DNA from: Eledone cirrhosa
Taxonomy: Eukaryota
Direction of reading: 5' to 3'
Assembly: GCA_964016885.1 (NCBI GenBank)
Contig: OZ024743.1
Location: 70,246,001-70,310,000 of the forward strand
DNA length: 64,000 nt
Positions 1 to 13,800 of the stretch are shown one piece after another. The notes below the pieces were generated by a model. The model did no database searches and was not told the DNA's origin. It saw only the letters and a list, made by a program, of their open reading frames with translations. Made by a program: the position numbers and the translations under genes. Numbering within the stretch: position 1 is the stretch's first letter; each line of letters begins with the position of its first letter.

Positions 1-86
1 CATACATACATATATATACATACATATATACATACATATACATACATATATACATATATATACATACATATATACAGATACATATA

Positions 87-204
<118 letters not shown>

Positions 205-272
205 CATACATACATATATATAATATCTACATACATACATATACATACATATATATATTCATACATATATAT

Positions 273-680
273 ATGGTGGCTGCCAACTCGTTTTCGAGTA
301 CGGCCATACTTTATATCCATGTAGGAGAACCCCCACCGATGCGCTGAACGAGTGTGACTTTTTAGTCCAGCCAGCGACTTGAAAACTCTGGTACAAACAC
401 TACACTTATGACAATTATTGACACAGTGCTGGGCCCATGGTACCATGTGACGACAAGTGCAGAGAGATCTCCAGTTATAAGCAATGCCTGTGCCTTGAAG
501 CTTTTATAGTGAGCAAAGGCACTGCACAAAGCCAGTCCCACTCTCTTAACCAAGATGATATTTACCAAAAAGAAGAACAAGTCAACATCATTGGATATCA
601 TCAGGGTTGCAGGTGTTATATCAGAGTTTTCCTTCTCCTAAAATTCTGCTTTGACAAAGGCTAAGGGGTCATCACTCCCG
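273..680. repeat. Old dispersed repeat (second copy at 2952-3455, split by a SINE)
   Basis: Shared blocks atg.tggctgcc, gcaatgcctgtgc.tgaag, agcca.tcccactctct and tttccttctcct..tgacaaaggcta.gggtc. Confidence 0.6.
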
Positions 681-868
681 ATATATATATATACACCCAA
701 ATATATATATACATATATACACACACACACACAGACACACATACATACACCTACATATACACATATACACACATACACACATACATATATATATACACAC
801 ACATGCATATATGCACACATACATATATACATAAACATATATATATATATATATATACACACACATAT

Positions 869-899
<31 letters not shown>

Positions 900-928
900 C
901 ACATATATATACATATATACACACACAC

Positions 929-961
<33 letters not shown>

Positions 962-1133
962 CATACATACACACACACACATACATATATGTGCACACGC
1001 GCGCGCATGCCCATGTGTATATATGTACATGTATGCACCTGCAGATACACATGTGTATACCTGTGTGCACGTGTGTGCACATGCACATGCACACATGTAC
1101 ACACGTACACATACACACACACGCATATATATA

Positions 1134-1179
<46 letters not shown>

Positions 1180-1429
1180 CACACACATACATATACATAT
1201 GTACATATATATATATATATATATACACATACACACAAATACATATATACACATACAAATAAATAAGTACTCAATAAATATACGCATATACACAGGCACA
1301 TAAAAACACCTCTACTGGCAGAAAATTCAGATAGGTAAGAGGTACTCACATAACCATAGTAGCCGTATTTCAGGTTGAGAAGGGTTGGGGGTAAGGTGGG
1401 AAGGAGGTATAAGGGCTAAAAGGAGGAGG

Positions 1430-2390
1430 TCGTTTTTAACCATCGGGCTTTAACACTGGCTTAAAGTATTTGAAAGTTGCAAAGTTCTTGTGCATGCTGT
1501 TCGGGCAGTGTTCAGAGAGTTTGTTCAGTAGCCGGCCCTTAGCGAATAAAATTTCGTAGCTCTCTGAGATACAAAGGTCGCAGCCCTAGTATCCTCCGTT
1601 GTAAGAGCCCGCTTACTGGAGTATTTTCCATTTAAGCGTGAAGGGGGCGGAGTTTCTTTTGAGGTCCCAAACATAGGAGGCGAGTGTTGTCTGGTTTGAT
1701 TTGTCCGGTCTTCGGAAGGAGTGTGTATGGGCATACCAACGGGTTTTAAAATTATTGCAAGTCATGCCGATGAAAGTTTTTTTGGTATTGCAATCATTGT
1801 TGCCTGAGATGACATCGCATTTGTATACGATATCATTTGTGAGGCATTTGTTTTCAAGTGGGCATGCTTCCTTATTTAGGCAATTACACAAAGCCCCAGT
1901 CTGGGGATTGGGTTCGGAGGTGGTTGGCTTATTTAACTTTTTTAGAATTGTGGTTGGCTATATTCATAGCTAGGTTAGGTGTGGTGGAGTAGGAGAGTCT
2001 TATTGTGTTCTTATTAAAGATGGTGTGGTATCTATGTTGTATGGGGAAGTGTATTTTCAGCAAAGTGAAGAAAATCCTAGCTATCGGTGTGGAGACCTCT
2101 CTATTGAATGGAGGGTTGTACCAGCTAATCTTCCTATGCCTATTCCTCCTCTGCAAACTTGCGGTGGTTTCTAGGTAGGTTATCTTTTCTTTAAATCCGC
2201 TGCGGGCGAGGGTTTCATTGTAGTAGAAGGCAGAGGCGTTAAAAATATCTTTGTTGGCGGAGAGGCCAGATATTCTAATAGAGACGCTTTTTACTAGGTT
2301 ATCAGTGATGTTTTGGGGGTGGTTTGAATTCACATTAATATATCTAAGGGACTCCTTAGGTTTGTAGTACGGGTAATAGAGGGAAGTATC
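1430..2390 (-). mobile_element. 5'-truncated, decayed Penelope-like retroelement (RT C-terminus, linker and GIY-YIG endonuclease)
   Basis: Minus-strand frames give PYYKPKESLRYINVNSNHP..KISWYNPPFN..TIRLSYSTTPN, CNC..CPL..CL..IVYKC..TFIGMT..FKTRW..H..SF..LKWKIL, and after stops CDLCISE..LLNKLSE..FKP. These are PLE GIY-YIG motifs, broken by stops. Confidence 0.9.
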
Positions 2391-2426
2391 TATATATATA
2401 TATATATATATGTGCGTGTGTGTCTG

Positions 2427-2622
2427 TAAGAATAAGTCAAGTCTCCGAGGGTTGAGTTCTTGCCGTTTCAACAACTAGTTCCATGTCTGGTACTTGCTAT
2501 TGAAACGGCAAGAGCTCAGCCGTCGGGGTGCTCACTTATTCTTATAGCCATACTATACTACCTCAAGTATTGAGTAATCTGGTGAGTAATGGTCTAACCA
2601 GTTTCTTACTGAATCCATCCCG

Positions 2623-2625
<3 letters not shown>
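2427..2625. mobile_element. PLE-type terminus family A, inverted duplication
   Basis: Imperfect inverted repeat 2427-2544 containing GAAACGGC..GAGCTC..GCCGTC. The tail is homologous to 2795-2875 and it is flanked by (TA)n. Confidence 0.6.
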
Positions 2626-2688
<63 letters not shown>

Positions 2689-2691
<3 letters not shown>

Positions 2692-2875
2692 AACAAGTAA
2701 GACCCCGACGGCTGAGCTCAAGCCGTTTCGACGGCTAATTCTGAATTAGCCGTCGAAACGGCTTGAGCTCAGCCGTCGGGCTCTTTCTTGTTCCTACTAC
2801 CCACTCTACTACCCTAAGTATTGAGTACTTTGGTGCGTTATGGTCCACCTGGTTCCTTACCACGTTTCCTTCGTT
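2689..2875. mobile_element. PLE-type terminus family A, near-perfect ~107-bp palindrome plus tail
   Basis: Palindrome 2689-2795 centred on ctg 2741-2743 (GTTTC-gacggctaatt-ctg-aattagccgtc-GAAAC), between (TA)n tracts. Confidence 0.7.
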
Positions 2876-2895
2876 ATATATATATATATATATTT

Positions 2896-2945
<50 letters not shown>

Positions 2946-3021
2946 CATACATGATGGCTGCCTCCTCCTTATCGAATATGGCCATTCGATGATATAACAT
3001 TTTTAATAATTATCAATTAAT

Positions 3022-3207
3022 TGTTTCTACTTTAGGCACAAGGCCAGCAATTACCCAGTGCATTACTGGTACTTCATTTTATCGACCCCGTAAGGATGAA
3101 AGGCAAAGTTAACCTCGGCATGATTTGAACTCAGACCATAAAGGGCGGTGACTCTATGCTGCAAAGCATGGCGTCCGACCCTCTACCGATACTGCCAATA
3201 CACAGTC
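3022..3207 (-). mobile_element. tRNA-derived SINE family S1
   Basis: A box tggcagtatcgg, B box gttcaaatc, core gcctttcatccttacggggtcgataaaatgaagtacc (Meta-domain-like). 18-bp TSD taataattatcaattaat at 3004-3021 and 3208-3225. Confidence 0.88.
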
Positions 3208-3541
3208 TAATAATTATCAATTAATGCCATCGTGCAATGCCTGTGCATGAAGATTTTTTTTTAAAGTGAGGAATGACTGTGCACTGAGCCAATCCCACTC
3301 TCTGAGTGACAGTAGCTATAACTCGAAAAGAAGAAAAGACCAACATCATCGGTAAATACTGAGCGGCAGGTTTTATTTCGGAGTAATCCCAGTTTCCTGC
3401 GTTTCCTTCTCCTCGAAGAATGCCCTGACAAAGGCTAGGGGTCCTTCACCCAGTGGTTTAAACGTACGATTGTATATCCAGCCTGATTATTATTATATGT
3501 CCCGCGAATATATACACATATGTATACATGTGTATAGATAT

Positions 3542-3591
<50 letters not shown>

Positions 3592-3693
3592 TATTTATTT
3601 TGGTTTTTGTATTCATTATTACTATATAGATATATAGTATATATATATATATAGTATACTTTGTTATTTCCCTTTGCCTTTTGCACTTTTGCA

Positions 3694-3748
<55 letters not shown>

Positions 3749-4189
3749 TATAAAGCTGACTGCCGTATGTAAGTAACAAACTTTCCGCCAAGCGGCTGGA
3801 CTAAACGGCACCAAATTTGCACCATAGATGTAACTTTTTCCACGTAAGAAAGTGAGGGTATTTTTGTCTACTGAATTTTGTTAAAAGATTAAAGACATTA
3901 TTTAAATATTCACTTCTTTAAAATTGTCAAATGTCAGCACTTCCGGTTATACGACATTCCTAACGTCTTCACGAACTAAAATATCATTTCCTATTTTATT
4001 TCGGTTGCAACGTTTTTCGAAATATTTACTTCTGCGTTCACAGATTGTTTTTTTTAGTTTAAGAAGATCCCGTTAAGGGTGAAAGCAGCGATTCTTTGCT
4101 TAAACTTTAATCTGTTATTATAATATATATATATATATATAATTATATATTCGTGTACAGATATTTTTGCATACACAAAAACAAAATAT

Positions 4190-4430
4190 AAACAAACGTA
4201 TTTATTACAAAGCACAGACGGCTTATCGTCATTGTTACTGCCGATATGCCACCCAAAAAGTCCTAGCCTGGCCGCAAGATCAGATTTTCCAGAAGAAAAA
4301 ATGTTATAACAAACGTATTTATTTCACGAAAGCACAGACGGCTTATCGTCATTGTTACTGCCGATATGCTACGCAAAAAGTCCTAGCCTGGCCGCAAGAT
4401 CAGATTTTTCAGAAGAAAAAAATGTTACTA
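4190..4430 (+). repeat. Tandem duplication of a ~120-bp unit
   Basis: aacaaacgtatttatt..aagcacagacggcttatcg..cagaagaaaaaatgtta occurs twice, near-identical. Confidence 0.9.
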
Positions 4431-4439
4431 GAACAACAG

Positions 4440-4552
4440 AGAGACTAAGCTTCGTGATTACCATCAACAAAGCTCAGGCTCAAACCCTAAAAGTGGCTGG
4501 CTTTCATTTGGGAAAACCATGGTCAATTGTAGGTAGGATGCTCTAGAGTGAG
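4440..4552 (+). pseudogene. Helitron Pif1-like helicase C-terminal fragment
   Basis: RLSFVITINKAQAQTLKVAGFHL followed in another frame by GQL*VGCSRV, i.e. helicase motifs V and VI. Confidence 0.75.
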
Positions 4553-5639
4553 CTCGAAACATTAGTGTCTGCAGTTCTGTTTACATGCCAACACGAGAAC
4601 AATCATTCTACTGACATGACTTTTAAAAAGAGGCTGTTTGCATTTTTGCAAACGAATCGAATATTATTATTAATGCCGAGGTTGACTTTGTCTTTCATCC
4701 TTACGGGGTCGATAAAATAAAGTACCAGTAATGCACTGGGTAATTGCTGGCCTTGTGCCTAAAGTAGAAACAATTATTAATATTCGAAAAACTCAGATTA
4801 CATTTATATACATATATATATGCATATAAATAACAGATATATATTTATCTTTGTAACTGTTCCTATGTTGTCTCAGCCGTATGACCGTTTTCCTGTTTTC
4901 TTTTTAATATTTAGTTTACTTTGTTACCAGTCGAAAGACATTTCATTCGAACACCCTCGTTCTATTCTGTTACTCAGTTTATTTTCCTTATGTTTGTAAT
5001 TTTGCTCCCTATTTTGTTAAAGAGGATAAAGAATTATTTCCCTCTAACTTCTGATATCTTTATATGGACCGTTGTTACCTCCAGTAACTGGGTCAAAGTC
5101 ACATTCCAGTAACTGGGTCAAAGTCACATTCCAGTTTGACTGCTTACAAAGATCAAGATTTAATTGTTGCCAGTCGTATTTTTTCGCGCCCTTTTCACGT
5201 GACACAGAAAGAACTACTACATTAGTGGATATAGCAAAAGGCTGACTGTCGACAAAGCTTCCAGCTGACTCACCTTCTTAACAGTGGTACTAGGGCAGCT
5301 GAAACAATTTACAAATGTGTAGCATCTTGGAAGAATATCCTCATTGAAGCTACATATCTATGGTTCGATTCTAAAACTATGACGACAGCCTGTATTTTAA
5401 CACACGGTCACTACTCGACAGTCGCCACTATTTCCTCTGGTCGCATTTCAATAAAAAAAAAGTTGTTACGTCCATACGTCCTATGCATGCAGGATAAGAA
5501 TGACAGTTAAATTATTCCCAAGAATTCAAACAATATAAAAATATTTATCTGTGATTCTGTTCCACTTGGAATTAAAATTACTTGCCTATCTGTAGTGCTT
5601 GCTTGCTGTGGCCCCACTCGCCTGGGCAGTTTGTTTTTG

Positions 5640-5888
5640 TGGAAGACCAGCAGTCGCCCATGCATACCAGTCTACCCTCCCCAAGCCACCGATGTTGTCC
5701 AAGAGAAAGGCAATGACCAATGCAGCTCGGCACCAGTGACGTCGCAACTCATTTCTACAGCTGAGTAAACTGGAGCAACGTGAAATAAAGTGCCTTGCTC
5801 AAGGACACAACGCATCGCCCGGTCCGAGAATCGAACTCACAACCTCTCATTTTCAAGCCCAATGCTCTAGCCACTAAGCCATGCGCCT
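5640..5888 (-). mobile_element. tRNA-derived CORE-type SINE family S2
   Basis: Minus strand aggcgcatggcttagtgg (A box)..gttcgattc (B box)..ttgtgtccttgagcaaggcactttatttc (CORE-like). Confidence 0.8.
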
Positions 5889-6117
5889 TCACAGCCTGCA
5901 TATCTATATAGCAACACTATATCTATGCAGGAGTTATTTATATGCATCTGTGAACAGTTCACTGCTTTAATTCATAGTAAAGATTCCTTACATTGGTAAA
6001 CTGGCAATGGTATGCTTCATATGGAATTCACTGACGCTAGATCTGAAATGATGCATCATTTAATATCTCTGAGTACCAACATTATCAGGACAGACGCTAC
6101 ACTGGGGGAGAAGGGAG

Positions 6118-6214
<97 letters not shown>

Positions 6215-6255
6215 GTGACAAGTGGTTTTGCTCTCTCTCTCGCTCTCCCCCTCCC

Positions 6256-6311
<56 letters not shown>

Positions 6312-6763
6312 CACCATATAGAGAGAAGTACAGAGAGATGTGTGTTCATCCACTTTTTACTTTGATATATATATATATAATTATATATATATATATATAT
6401 AATTATATATATATATATATATACACACACACTCTGATAACACACACACACACTGGGAGAGGAGAAAGTTTTGGGTATGTATGTATGTCATAGTGGAAAG
6501 TCTCATCTGATAAGGGAATAGTTTTGAGAGAAGTCTTTAGTTAATGATAGTCTGTGAAGTTAAAGACCGAGTATGAAGGCCCCATAAAACACCAGATGCT
6601 AATTTAGGTCAGTCAAACATTTTTTATACTATTTTACCTGAAACTCTATTTGAATTTGTTATAGAAAAATGGAGGTTTCTATTTTTTTAAAATAAATTCT
6701 CATGAAAATAAAATGAAAATCTTCGATAATAATTGGAGTTTTTTTGTTTTTTTTTGTAATAGA

Positions 6764-6809
<46 letters not shown>

Positions 6810-6995
6810 CGATGATGATGATGATGATGATGATGTTGATGATGGTGATGGTAGCGGTGTTGGTGGTGGTGACGACGACGACGATGATGATGACGATGAT
6901 GGTGATGATGATCAGGAGGAGAAGGAGGAAGATGATGAAGAAGAAGACGATGGCGGCGATGCTGAAAACGACGACGATAACGACGGCAATGATCA
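6764..6995. repeat. (GAT)n-derived microsatellite
   Basis: Read directly from the sequence. Confidence 0.93.
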
Positions 6996-7606
6996 TTATG
7001 CTAATGAAATTTTTATATGATAACAATAGCCTGCTTTCGTTGAATTTTTTTCAATAACAGTAACTACTCTTCTTGTTTTGTCTGATATTGCTAAATTAGA
7101 AAAAAAATTGGTTTAAATATAATTACACAGCCTATCGGCCATGACTGTAGTGGAGGTAAGCGGCCAAACAGGATAACCCTTTCTCGGTCATGCGAGGTAA
7201 TTCACTCAACTGGGTTGACACATATTGCAACACATTCTCTGGTGTAAATATCATCTCTTCCGGCACAAACCCAGACACCACAGCTCTCAATAAATAGAAA
7301 TGAAATATGACTAAATATCTAACCTTCACCTGTTTGTTTGTTGTTTTTTGCGTGTGTCATTTTTGATGTTATTCTTTTTGTGAGATTTCCGTTGTTCTTG
7401 GTCAGGTGATTGCCATTTTCCTCTGCCAAATCGGAATGAGGGAATCTCTCATGAGGAAGAGACCACGGGGCATAGCTGAGATGTATCGTTTTGCTAAGTG
7501 GGTAGAGTTTGTTCCCTTCCTATTTCACTCCTGCATTTTTCTTTCTTTCTTTCTCTCCTTTATTTCTCTCACCTCTCTCTGTTTTTGTCATTATGATATT
7601 CAAATC

Positions 7607-7788
7607 TGGATTGGCAGTATCGGTAGAGAGTCGGACACCATGCTTAGCAGCAAAGAGTTACGGCCCTTTATGATCTGCGTTCAAATCCCGCCGAGGTTAA
7701 CTTTGCCTTTCATCCTTACGGGGTCGATAAAATAAAGTACCAGTAATGTACTTGGATAATTGCTGACCTTGTGCCAAAAGTAGAAACA
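7607..7788 (+). mobile_element. SINE family S1
   Basis: Full consensus with TSD attatgatatt(c/t)aaatct. Confidence 0.88.
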
Positions 7789-7984
7789 ATTATGATATTT
7801 AAATCTAATTTTATACGAGGTTCTCTAAAAAACATATGTTTATGTTTATATATGTGTTGATGAAGAAACTATGTATTATATTGACTCTCATATAACGACT
7901 ATCTCGTGTAATGACAGCTCAGACGACTGTTATCGTAGGTAGGTCAGCTAACACTGCGCTTTGATAAAACCGTTGGGTATCACC

Positions 7985-8168
7985 CGGCATTAGCAGTATC
8001 GGTAGAGGGTCTGACGCCATGCTTTATAGGAAAGAGTTATTGTTTATGGTCTGAGTTAAAATCCAGCCGAGGTTAACTTTACCTTTCATCCTTACGGGTC
8101 GATAAAATAAAGTACCAGTAGTGCACTGAGATAATTGCTGGCCTTGTGCCAAAAGTAGAAACAATTAT
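7985..8168 (+). mobile_element. SINE family S1
   Basis: Matches the family consensus. Confidence 0.85.
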
Positions 8169-9529
8169 GATAACCTGTACGCTGATGTTAAAGCAGTTTA
8201 CAGACCCAAAATCATCACTGATATCCTACCTACAGCCTCTATACTATGATCATTTACCTGCATTCTCTGCCTATTATTTAGAAACAGCCATTGCCAAAGC
8301 AACATCTACGACAGAGAATTCACTTTACGATTAAATAGGTGAGACGGGATGTTTTCGTTAAGTGAAGATTACTGCATATGTTATTTTAATGGTATGTTAT
8401 TATCAACATTTATTAATGAATGTAACATCTTCACATAAGGACGTTAATCATGTTCTCCTCGATTACAGACGCAATAGTTCAATCATTTATTGTTTATAGA
8501 ATAAAATATGCGCTGAGAAATGTAATACGGATGTGTTTGCTTTATATATAATTCAGCCACGAGTCATCACTTTTATACATTGAATCCATATTTTATCAAA
8601 GTATCTTTCTGGCTCGTGTGATTGATTATATATGTCATAGTAACAGCTTTAGTTAATGCTGATTTTTATTGGTTCGTAGAGACTAAAAGGTAGAACAGTG
8701 TCTGTAAATATGGTCTGGAAAATATTTGCTTTCAGGATTTTTAAAGAAACTAATATCAAAACAGGCGTTGAATTAGCAGAGTCGTTAGAATATCAAATAG
8801 AGTGATTTGTTGTATCCATTGCTTCTCTTTTACACTCTGTTTTCAAATCCCGCCCTCGTTAACTTCGCCTTACATTTTTTCGAGGTTGATAAATAAAGTA
8901 CGAATCTAGTAGGGCGGTCGTATCTTCTCCTATTTCGCTTGTTCACTTTATTTCTCCCTCCTTCTCTGGAAAACATTGGTAGTATTCAACCATACAGAGG
9001 GGATGAATCGTTAGAACGTCGAATAGAGTAATTTGCAATATTCGGTCCGACACTCTTGCACTTGGCGTTCAAATCCGCGTTGGTTAACTATACTTTGCTT
9101 TTCATTGTTTTGTTTTTTAGATTGATAAATAAAATAGAAATATATTAGTGCGATTGTATCTTCTCTCTCATTTTTATTTTTACTTTCTTTCTCTCTCCTT
9201 TTCTGGAAAAAGATAGTTGTGTTCAAGCACAGAGGGATGAGTCGGCCAGGTTTAAAATACCCAAGACACGCCGTATATCACAACGGTGCCCCTACAATTT
9301 CATTAGGAGGTAAGGATCCAAGAAATATTTAAATCATATTTGATTTACTTCACTTAAGGTAACATTATTTAAATTTCCTCTCCATATATCAATATTTGAA
9401 CCTTTTTCTCTTAAAACTTTTCCTTATTAATTATCTGGCGTGTATCATCGTTATAGAGGACCAAAGACTATTACAAAGTCCAGATTTAAAAGATAAGAAG
9501 TACAATCTTCAGTATCACTGTATCATAGG

Positions 9530-9745
9530 TTCGACAGGTTTGCAGTCGAGCCCATAGCAGTTGAGACTTCTTGTGCCATTGGTCCTAGGACCACCTCCCT
9601 ACACACCACCATCGGCATGGAGTTGGCTACTTACAGGTGTGAGACCCGCGAGTTAGAATGGCTTTTTCAGCGCGACTCCCTCACCATCCTCTGGAGAAAC
9701 ACTTTCTCTCTTCTGTCCGTCGGGGCTTCGGGGCGGCGAATGTGT
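9530..9745 (+). mobile_element. CRE-type element 3' fragment
   Basis: Homologous to 26705-26900 (ELATYRCETRELEWLFQR). Confidence 0.75.
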
Positions 9746-9826
9746 TGGTCCCCGTTGGCTTATAACAGAAAGATGGCGAGAGCAAGAGAGATGGAGTCAG
9801 TGAGTGAAAGTGAGAGACATGAGATG

Positions 9827-9827
<1 letters not shown>

Positions 9828-9871
<44 letters not shown>

Positions 9872-9977
9872 CACTACTACTACCACTACTGCTACTACCA
9901 CTACCACCACTACTACTACTACTACTGCTACCACCACCACTACTGCTACTGCTACTACTACTACTACTACCACCACC

Positions 9978-10039
<62 letters not shown>

Positions 10040-10241
10040 TACCACCACTACCACTACCACTACCACTACTACTACTACTACCACTACTACTACCACTACT
10101 ACCACCACCACCACCACCACTACTACTACTACCACTACTACTACCTCTACTACTACTACCATTACTACTACCTCTACTACTACTACTACTACTACTACTA
10201 CCACTACTACTACTACTACTACCTCTACCACTACTACTACC

Positions 10242-10302
<61 letters not shown>

Positions 10303-10305
10303 TCA

Positions 10306-10339
<34 letters not shown>

Positions 10340-10374
10340 CACTACTACTACTACTACTACCACTACCACTACTA

Positions 10375-10460
<86 letters not shown>

Positions 10461-10461
10461 G

Positions 10462-10500
<39 letters not shown>

Positions 10501-10503
10501 ACT
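9828..10503. repeat. (CTA/CCA)n trinucleotide array
   Basis: Read directly from the sequence. Confidence 0.97.
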
Positions 10504-11199
10504 ATATAGCAACACAGCTGATAAGAAAACCTGATAGAAAATAGGTAACTATTGTATTTAGTGATCTGGTATAAGACGAGTTAAAGACACATGGCTGATC
10601 AGCAATGCTAATATATTCTTATTCCAGTCTCACCTATCTTGTCGATTATACTGTTTATTTTACATAACATTTTACTGGATACGAAGAACCTAAATAATCG
10701 GTATGTTGATCAAAGCCTTATAATAGATCAAAGATATCCTGTTTAAAATAAACATCTCACATTTTCTAACTTTCGAAATATCCATTTCATGAAAAACAAA
10801 ATTGAGATTTATCTCAGTTTAACGAGATAAATTCATAAAACTCACATTAACGGTTTATACATCTTTAATATATATTATTATAGTTTAGATAGCAAAACTG
10901 TAGATTATAAACAAACATTTTAAAGTAAACAACATGTTTTCTATTTTAGAATCTAGAGTATATGTACCTGATAAATTAGATTTATGAGCTCTCAGATATC
11001 AATAAATACTGCAGAATTTTGTTTTTCTCTTGTCGAAGTGTTAGTGAAGGGGGACAATATTTGGTGAAGAGAATTGAATCTGTGGCATTCGTTTTATCGA
11101 AATCTTGCTAGATGTGAACACATATCATAGAGAGTGTGCAAGAAGCCAAAATCTTCAAACACTTTACAATTTATTTAGCCTCATTATTATTGGTGTCGA

Positions 11200-12560
11200 T
11201 ATAATAAAGTATCAGTAACGTAATGAGGTCGATTTAATCGATTTTCCGCTCCCCAAAATTGTTGGCCTTGTGCCTAAATCAGTAACCCTTATTATTATTT
11301 ATTTATTAATGGCGGTGGATTGGCAGTATCGGTAGAGGGTCGGACGCCATGCTTTGACGCATAGAGATACGGCCCTTTCCATTCTGATTTCAAATCCCGC
11401 CGAGGTTAACTTTGCCCTTCATCCTTACGTGGTCGATAAAATAAAGTACCAGTAATGCACTGTGATAATTGCTGGCCTTGTCCCAAAAGTAGAAACAATT
11501 ATTATTGGCGTCGATAAAATTAAGTACCAGTAACGCAATGGGGTCAGTTTAATCGGCTTTCGGCTCCCCCAAAATTGTTGGTCTTTTGTTGCCTAAATTA
11601 TTTATTGATATTATCGTTAGAGCCTCTGACAACATGCTTTGTGGCATATAGCTACGTCCCTTTACGTTCGAAGTTCAAATCTTGCCTAAGGTTAGCTTTG
11701 CCTTTTACCCATACGAGGTCGATAAATAAAGTAGAAGTAACACACTGGGGGTGATTTAATCAACTTTACCCTCCTCAATATTTACCTTGTGCCTAATAAT
11801 CAGAAACCAAAATTATTATTGTGACGGCGATTACAGCAATATGGCCCTCCCCAAGTATAACAATAATTATTATTAATTGGTACCATCAGTAGAGTGTCGG
11901 ACACATGCTTTGTGGCATATAGCTACGTCCCTTTACGTATGAGTTCTGTGTTCAAATCCCGACAAAGTCAACTTTTACTTTCAGCCTTCCGTGGTCGCTA
12001 AAATAATGGTTTCTTATATAGGCACAAGGCCAGCAATTTTGGGGGAGGGGAAAGTCGATTAAATCGAGCACATTGCGTGACTGGTACTTTATTTTATCGA
12101 CCCCGTAAGGATGAAAGGCAAAGTTAACCTCGGCCGAATTTGAACTCAGATCATAAAGGGGCGTAACTTTATGCTGCAAAGCATGGTGTCCGACCCTCTA
12201 CCGCTACTGCCAATCCAGCGCCCTCGTGGTCACTAACATAATGAAGCAATCAAGTACTGAGAATGATTTAGTCGAATATCTTTTCAGGCACAATGTACTG
12301 TCCTTGTGGATTAATTGACTTCCAATTTAGCACTAAGGCCATCAAATCTACTTGAAGGGGAAAATTGATTAAATCAACTCCAGTACGAGACTGGTACTTT
12401 AAATTATCAACCCATGATGGATGAGAAATAAGTTGAGTCTGGGGGAATTTGAACTCAAGGCGTAGCCAGGACAAATATTGTGTTTTATCCGACATTCTTC
12501 CAATTCTGCCAATCCACCACCTTGGCCTTGTGCCTAATTTGGAAAGGATAATTATAATTA
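11200..12560. mobile_element. Cluster of S1 SINEs (intact 11311-11505 +, 12005-12222 -, plus older fragments)
   Basis: Repeated family core and 3' tail gctggccttgtgcc on both strands. Confidence 0.8.
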
Positions 12561-13149
12561 TAAAAAATATATTATATTGCTAATTACATGGACAAATATA
12601 TGATCATTTCATATATAATCTCAATTATTCCTCCTCCTCATTGCCACTCTCTGGTTATTAACAGTAATTAAGCCGTTTTAATTCCTAATCATTCCACAAC
12701 TCTGCCACTCTTAATGAGCCAGAGAATAAAAGTGTGTCCTCGAATAACTTCCACCATCTCTAAAATATGTGACCTTACTGACTTTTCAAACGAATATCAA
12801 TTTCGAGAAAGTATTTTTCTTTGCACTAGAAGTTTTTTTCAACACGCTGACATGTATGTGTATATGAGTGTGCGTGTGTGTATGTGCATATGCATACATT
12901 TATATGTATGAGTATATAAATATAAACGCGCAAACACAGACAAATTTACAAAAATACACACTCAGAGACATACATTCACACAAACACAGCGTAGCAAATG
13001 GAACGCCAGCCACTGTTTTGCTATAGTATTTTACCCATCTCCTTCCTTTTGCAAACACATACATTCACACAAGCACACAAACAAACACACACATTGTGTG
13101 ATGGTGGGAAGTTACTCAAATTTATTTATAGGTTATTTGATATGAAAAT

Positions 13150-13800
13150 GGCGGTGGGTTAGCAGTGTCAGTAGGATGTCAGAGAAAATACTTTGCGTCA
13201 TTAGATCCTATTATTTACATTCTTAGTTCAAATCCACCAAGCTCAACTTTATCTTTCATCCTTCCGGGATCGATAAAATAAATACCACTGAAGTACCTAT
13301 CAAATCGATTTGGGTCGATTTAATCGACTTTACTCCTCCAACCCACACCCACCCCAAAAAATTGTTGCCTTTGTGATATTGTTAGAAATAATTATTTAAC
13401 ATCGGGAGAGCACCGGAGAAAATGTTGACAGCATTTGTTCCTGATCTTGCTATTCTGAGTTCAAATCCCGCCCTGCTCAACTATGCCTTTCATCCTACCA
13501 GGGTCGATAAATAAAGTACCAGTCAAGTTCTGGTGTCGATATAATTATTTCTACATTTGGCACAAGGCCAGCAATTATCCTAGTGTATTACTGGTGCGTT
13601 ATTTTATCGAGCCCGTAAGGATGAAAGGCAAAGTTAACCTCGGCGGGATTTGAATTCAGACCATAAAGGGCCGTAATTCTTTGCTGCAAAACATGGCGTC
13701 AGACCCTCTACCGATAGTGCAAATCCACCGCCTGGGATCGATATAATTGACATTCGTTTCCTTCAAATAGCTGGCCTCTGTCAATGTTAGAAACCATTAA
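13150..13800. mobile_element. S1 SINE cluster (young copy 13543-13732 - nested in older + copies)
   Basis: Family consensus. tcgatataatt flanks both sides of the young copy. Confidence 0.8.

Noticed and set aside
7132-7329. Possible host exon (65-aa ORF)
   Set aside because: No recognisable domain or partner exons.
9617-10544. Long poly-Tyr/Thr/Val ORFs (mucin-like)
   Set aside because: These are translations of a (CTA)n array, open in several frames and strands, with no exon evidence.
11311-11405. tRNA gene
   Set aside because: A/B boxes are present, but it is the head of a multi-copy SINE with an expanded internal region and no clean cloverleaf.
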